Source: Botryllus schlosseri
Taxonomy: Eukaryota
Length of the DNA: 64,000 nt
Direction of reading: 5' to 3'
Assembly: GCA_051294905.1 (NCBI GenBank)
Contig: CM119375.1
Span: 10,912,001 to 10,976,000, forward strand
Below, one piece after another: positions 61,577-64,000 of this stretch (position 1 is the first letter of the stretch; every line of letters starts with the position of its first letter). The notes below the pieces were generated by a model. The model was not told the DNA's origin, did no database searches, and worked only from the letters and a program-made list of their open reading frames with translations. The position numbers and the translations under genes are program-made.

Positions 61577-61700
61577 ATGTCGTGGCTCGGTGCCCTTAAT
61601 GATAGCGTCAGCTCGTTTTCTTCAATAACTGGACAGATTGGTGGGCAGATATCCAATTTCACAAAAGAAGTTCTGACAGAGACATCAGAAGAAAACATAG
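61577..61700 (+). CDS. TRIP11: First coding exon of golgin TRIP11/GMAP-210 (gene continues beyond the window)
   Basis: MSWLGALNDSVSSFSSITGQIGGQISNFTKEVLTETSEENI matches the remembered GMAP-210 N-terminal amphipathic (ALPS-like) region MSSWLGGLGSGLGQ...GQISNFTKDMLMEGTEEV. Donor ag|gtaagt at 61701; acceptor tttttcatag just upstream of the ATG. Confidence 0.85.
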
Positions 61701-62399
61701 GTAAGTTGTTTCAATTCGTAACAATCATTTCTAATCATACAGCAACCTATTGCAAGTTCTGATAATTTCCCCCAAAGTGGAATGTTATTGAACTAGCAAA
61801 GACAGGGGCTGGCGACCTCTGAACTGCGACCAGATCTGAGAAATCTGTGTATCTCACAGCGATATCTGTCCTACGAATTTTGACAGGGATCTGCAGCCTC
61901 CCAACGCCCCGGCCTTATCCCAAAAATTGGTTTGGCTCACTGCCGTGTCAGTCCTGTCGATTTTCTAGGACTGGGATCTGTAACATCCTACAAGAAGCGA
62001 TATCGTTGCTATGAATTAGCGCAGACAGGGATTGGCGACTTGCAGGCTAGATCTGTCCCGCCAACTGTTTCGCTGTGGCCACATACAATCACACGCAGAC
62101 TCTATTTCTTGAGTTATACTCATTTTTTTGTTTTATGTGTCATAATTGTGTAACTTATTGCTTTGATGTACAAGTTTGGACAACATATATCGTTTTATGA
62201 AAGTGAAGGCTTCCTCGTCCGATCAAGTCCTACATTGAACTTTGCGACAAAGTCTTTCTTTACATCGCCATTGATATGTGACATCACAACAGTGTATACA
62301 CATCTCCCCTATTGCATTCCATCCTGGTTACAGGCTACACCAATCGACTTACACTGGACATCATTTTTTAGCTTCAGATTCAAATTTTTGTATCCGGCC

Positions 62400-63683
62400 C
62401 ACCATGGTCAAAGTAGTCAAGAAAGATTCTCAAGTAGAATTAGAAGTAGCCACGAAAAAATCTACTCAAGTATGAGTAGAAGTACTGCTTCCACAAGCAA
62501 CCTAAAACTACTTGAAGTAGAAGTAGAATTGACTTACTTTAAATCTACTCAAGTAAGTAAGTAGTTGTGAAAACGATCGTATAATTCGTTCGCATGGATT
62601 GTCAAAAGCTGCAAATTGAGCTATGCCAAAGGTGCAGAGCTTGATTCATATTGATGCATATCGGGAGGTATCCAATTTTCGACAGCATAGACATTCGTCC
62701 ACATCATTGGATGAAAATGAAAGTATTTGTATGGAAATGCGATACTAATATTCTGTTTACTCAAACAGCCAGTTTTTAGAAAATATCATGGTATGGCGCC
62801 CTCCCCCATATTATAATTCCCGTAGTTGAGTTGAAGAGAAACAAGGAGAAGTTGTATCGGATACGGTGTAAACACTTTGCGCGAGTAATAAAAAATATGA
62901 AGGTTCGCAAAAATGCCACATTGTGTAGCTTTATTTCCGGAAATTAATGGCATTACTACACTTACTTTTATACTTCAACACGTATGCTCTCCAGACAAAA
63001 GGACTGAAACTAATTAAAACTCGAAGTATGATACTGGGGATTGAAAAAGAAATAAAAATACTAGGTAGCCTACTTCTAAGCGGAAAATGTATTTCATGCT
63101 TTTAGTCCAGAAATTTTCAAAGGTGGTACCGTTTGCCAAAACAGCTCTAAAACTGTAAAAAGTCAGAGTCCACTTTTCCAGATTAGGACACGCCATGGAC
63201 TGCTAGATTACGATATGATAAGTAAATGCTCTATATTGCGAAACATCAGTTTCAGACGTTATGATGGGCCATATATAATCCGATTAAATATTTCAAATGG
63301 GCGACAATGCGGTGTGGATGGAACCTCGCAACCCATTACCTAAATTATATTCACCAATACTGATATTATACTGGCACTCCATATCCACAGTGCGCGAACC
63401 GCGACGAAATGTCTGGGCTTTACTCAACTTTTATGAAAACTAAATGTCGATACTCCATGAAAACAGCCCCAAAATTCCTCAGTCTATCTTCGTGATTGGA
63501 TGATTAATCTACTTCTACTTGACAAACTGGAAATAGCAAAAAGTAAGTAAGTAGATCACAAAATATTACAATGCAGAAGTAGAAGTAGCAGGAAATTAGA
63601 TCTACTTGAGTAAGTACACAAGTAGCGGACAACTACTTGAGTACTTCAAAAAAGTAGAAGTACTTCGTTACTGACCACCTCTG
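62400..63683. mobile_element. Family D element, inverted copy, in the TRIP11 intron
   Basis: Ends gaagtacttcgttactgaccacctctg (rc of the 38134 terminus); interior is the rc of 38340-39480. Confidence 0.8.
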
Positions 63684-64000
63684 GAAAAAGTCGACGACTC
63701 CTGAACTATAATATCTTGGATGCGACTAATGACCAGACACGGTTTACTACGCTGTATTTTTTAAACCGCAATTCAAAACATGCAAATAGAAAATTTCATG
63801 TGTGCTAAAAATGTATTGTCATATAATACCAGTGAATCCATCCTAAATCAACCATATTATGCGGATTACGGTATTTCAAACATACCATTTTTTTCAAAAT
63901 TCATTGAATACGTGGTTGATAAAATTGTCGGGTACACCCAATCTGTGGCCACTGAAGCGAAGTTATTGTAGTAAAATTTTTCATTCTTTTAGCGCCCCTC

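Overview
AT-rich eukaryotic (metazoan) genomic DNA, most likely an invertebrate chordate such as an ascidian. This is inferred from ~60-nt GT-AG introns, a trefoil-like/TSP1 secreted protein and an ARMH4-type tail. Five host genes, all on +: (1) the 3' end of a TNFAIP8/TIPE gene (1-156); (2) an intronless TMTC-family O-mannosyltransferase (16156-18234); (3) a 7-exon secreted protein with trefoil-like Cys motifs and TSP1 repeats (35861-42308, 757 aa); (4) an 8-exon type I mucin-like membrane protein whose tail resembles ARMH4/C14orf37 (47814-56473, 742 aa); (5) the first coding exon of TRIP11/GMAP-210 (61577-61700). Much of the rest is DNA transposons. A 4.4-kb Hermes/hobo-like hAT has a transposase broken by one 5-bp duplication. 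Eleven further hAT-class non-autonomous elements have perfect 8-bp TSDs, and several more have near-perfect ones. There is also a 5.5-kb CACTA/EnSpm-type relic, a 3.4-kb Harbinger relic inside a tRNA-derived SINE, a TA-TSD MITE and a 6-bp-TSD MITE, often nested 2-3 levels deep. Gene models were assembled by hand from splice signals and reading frame; family names come from remembered motifs, not database searches.
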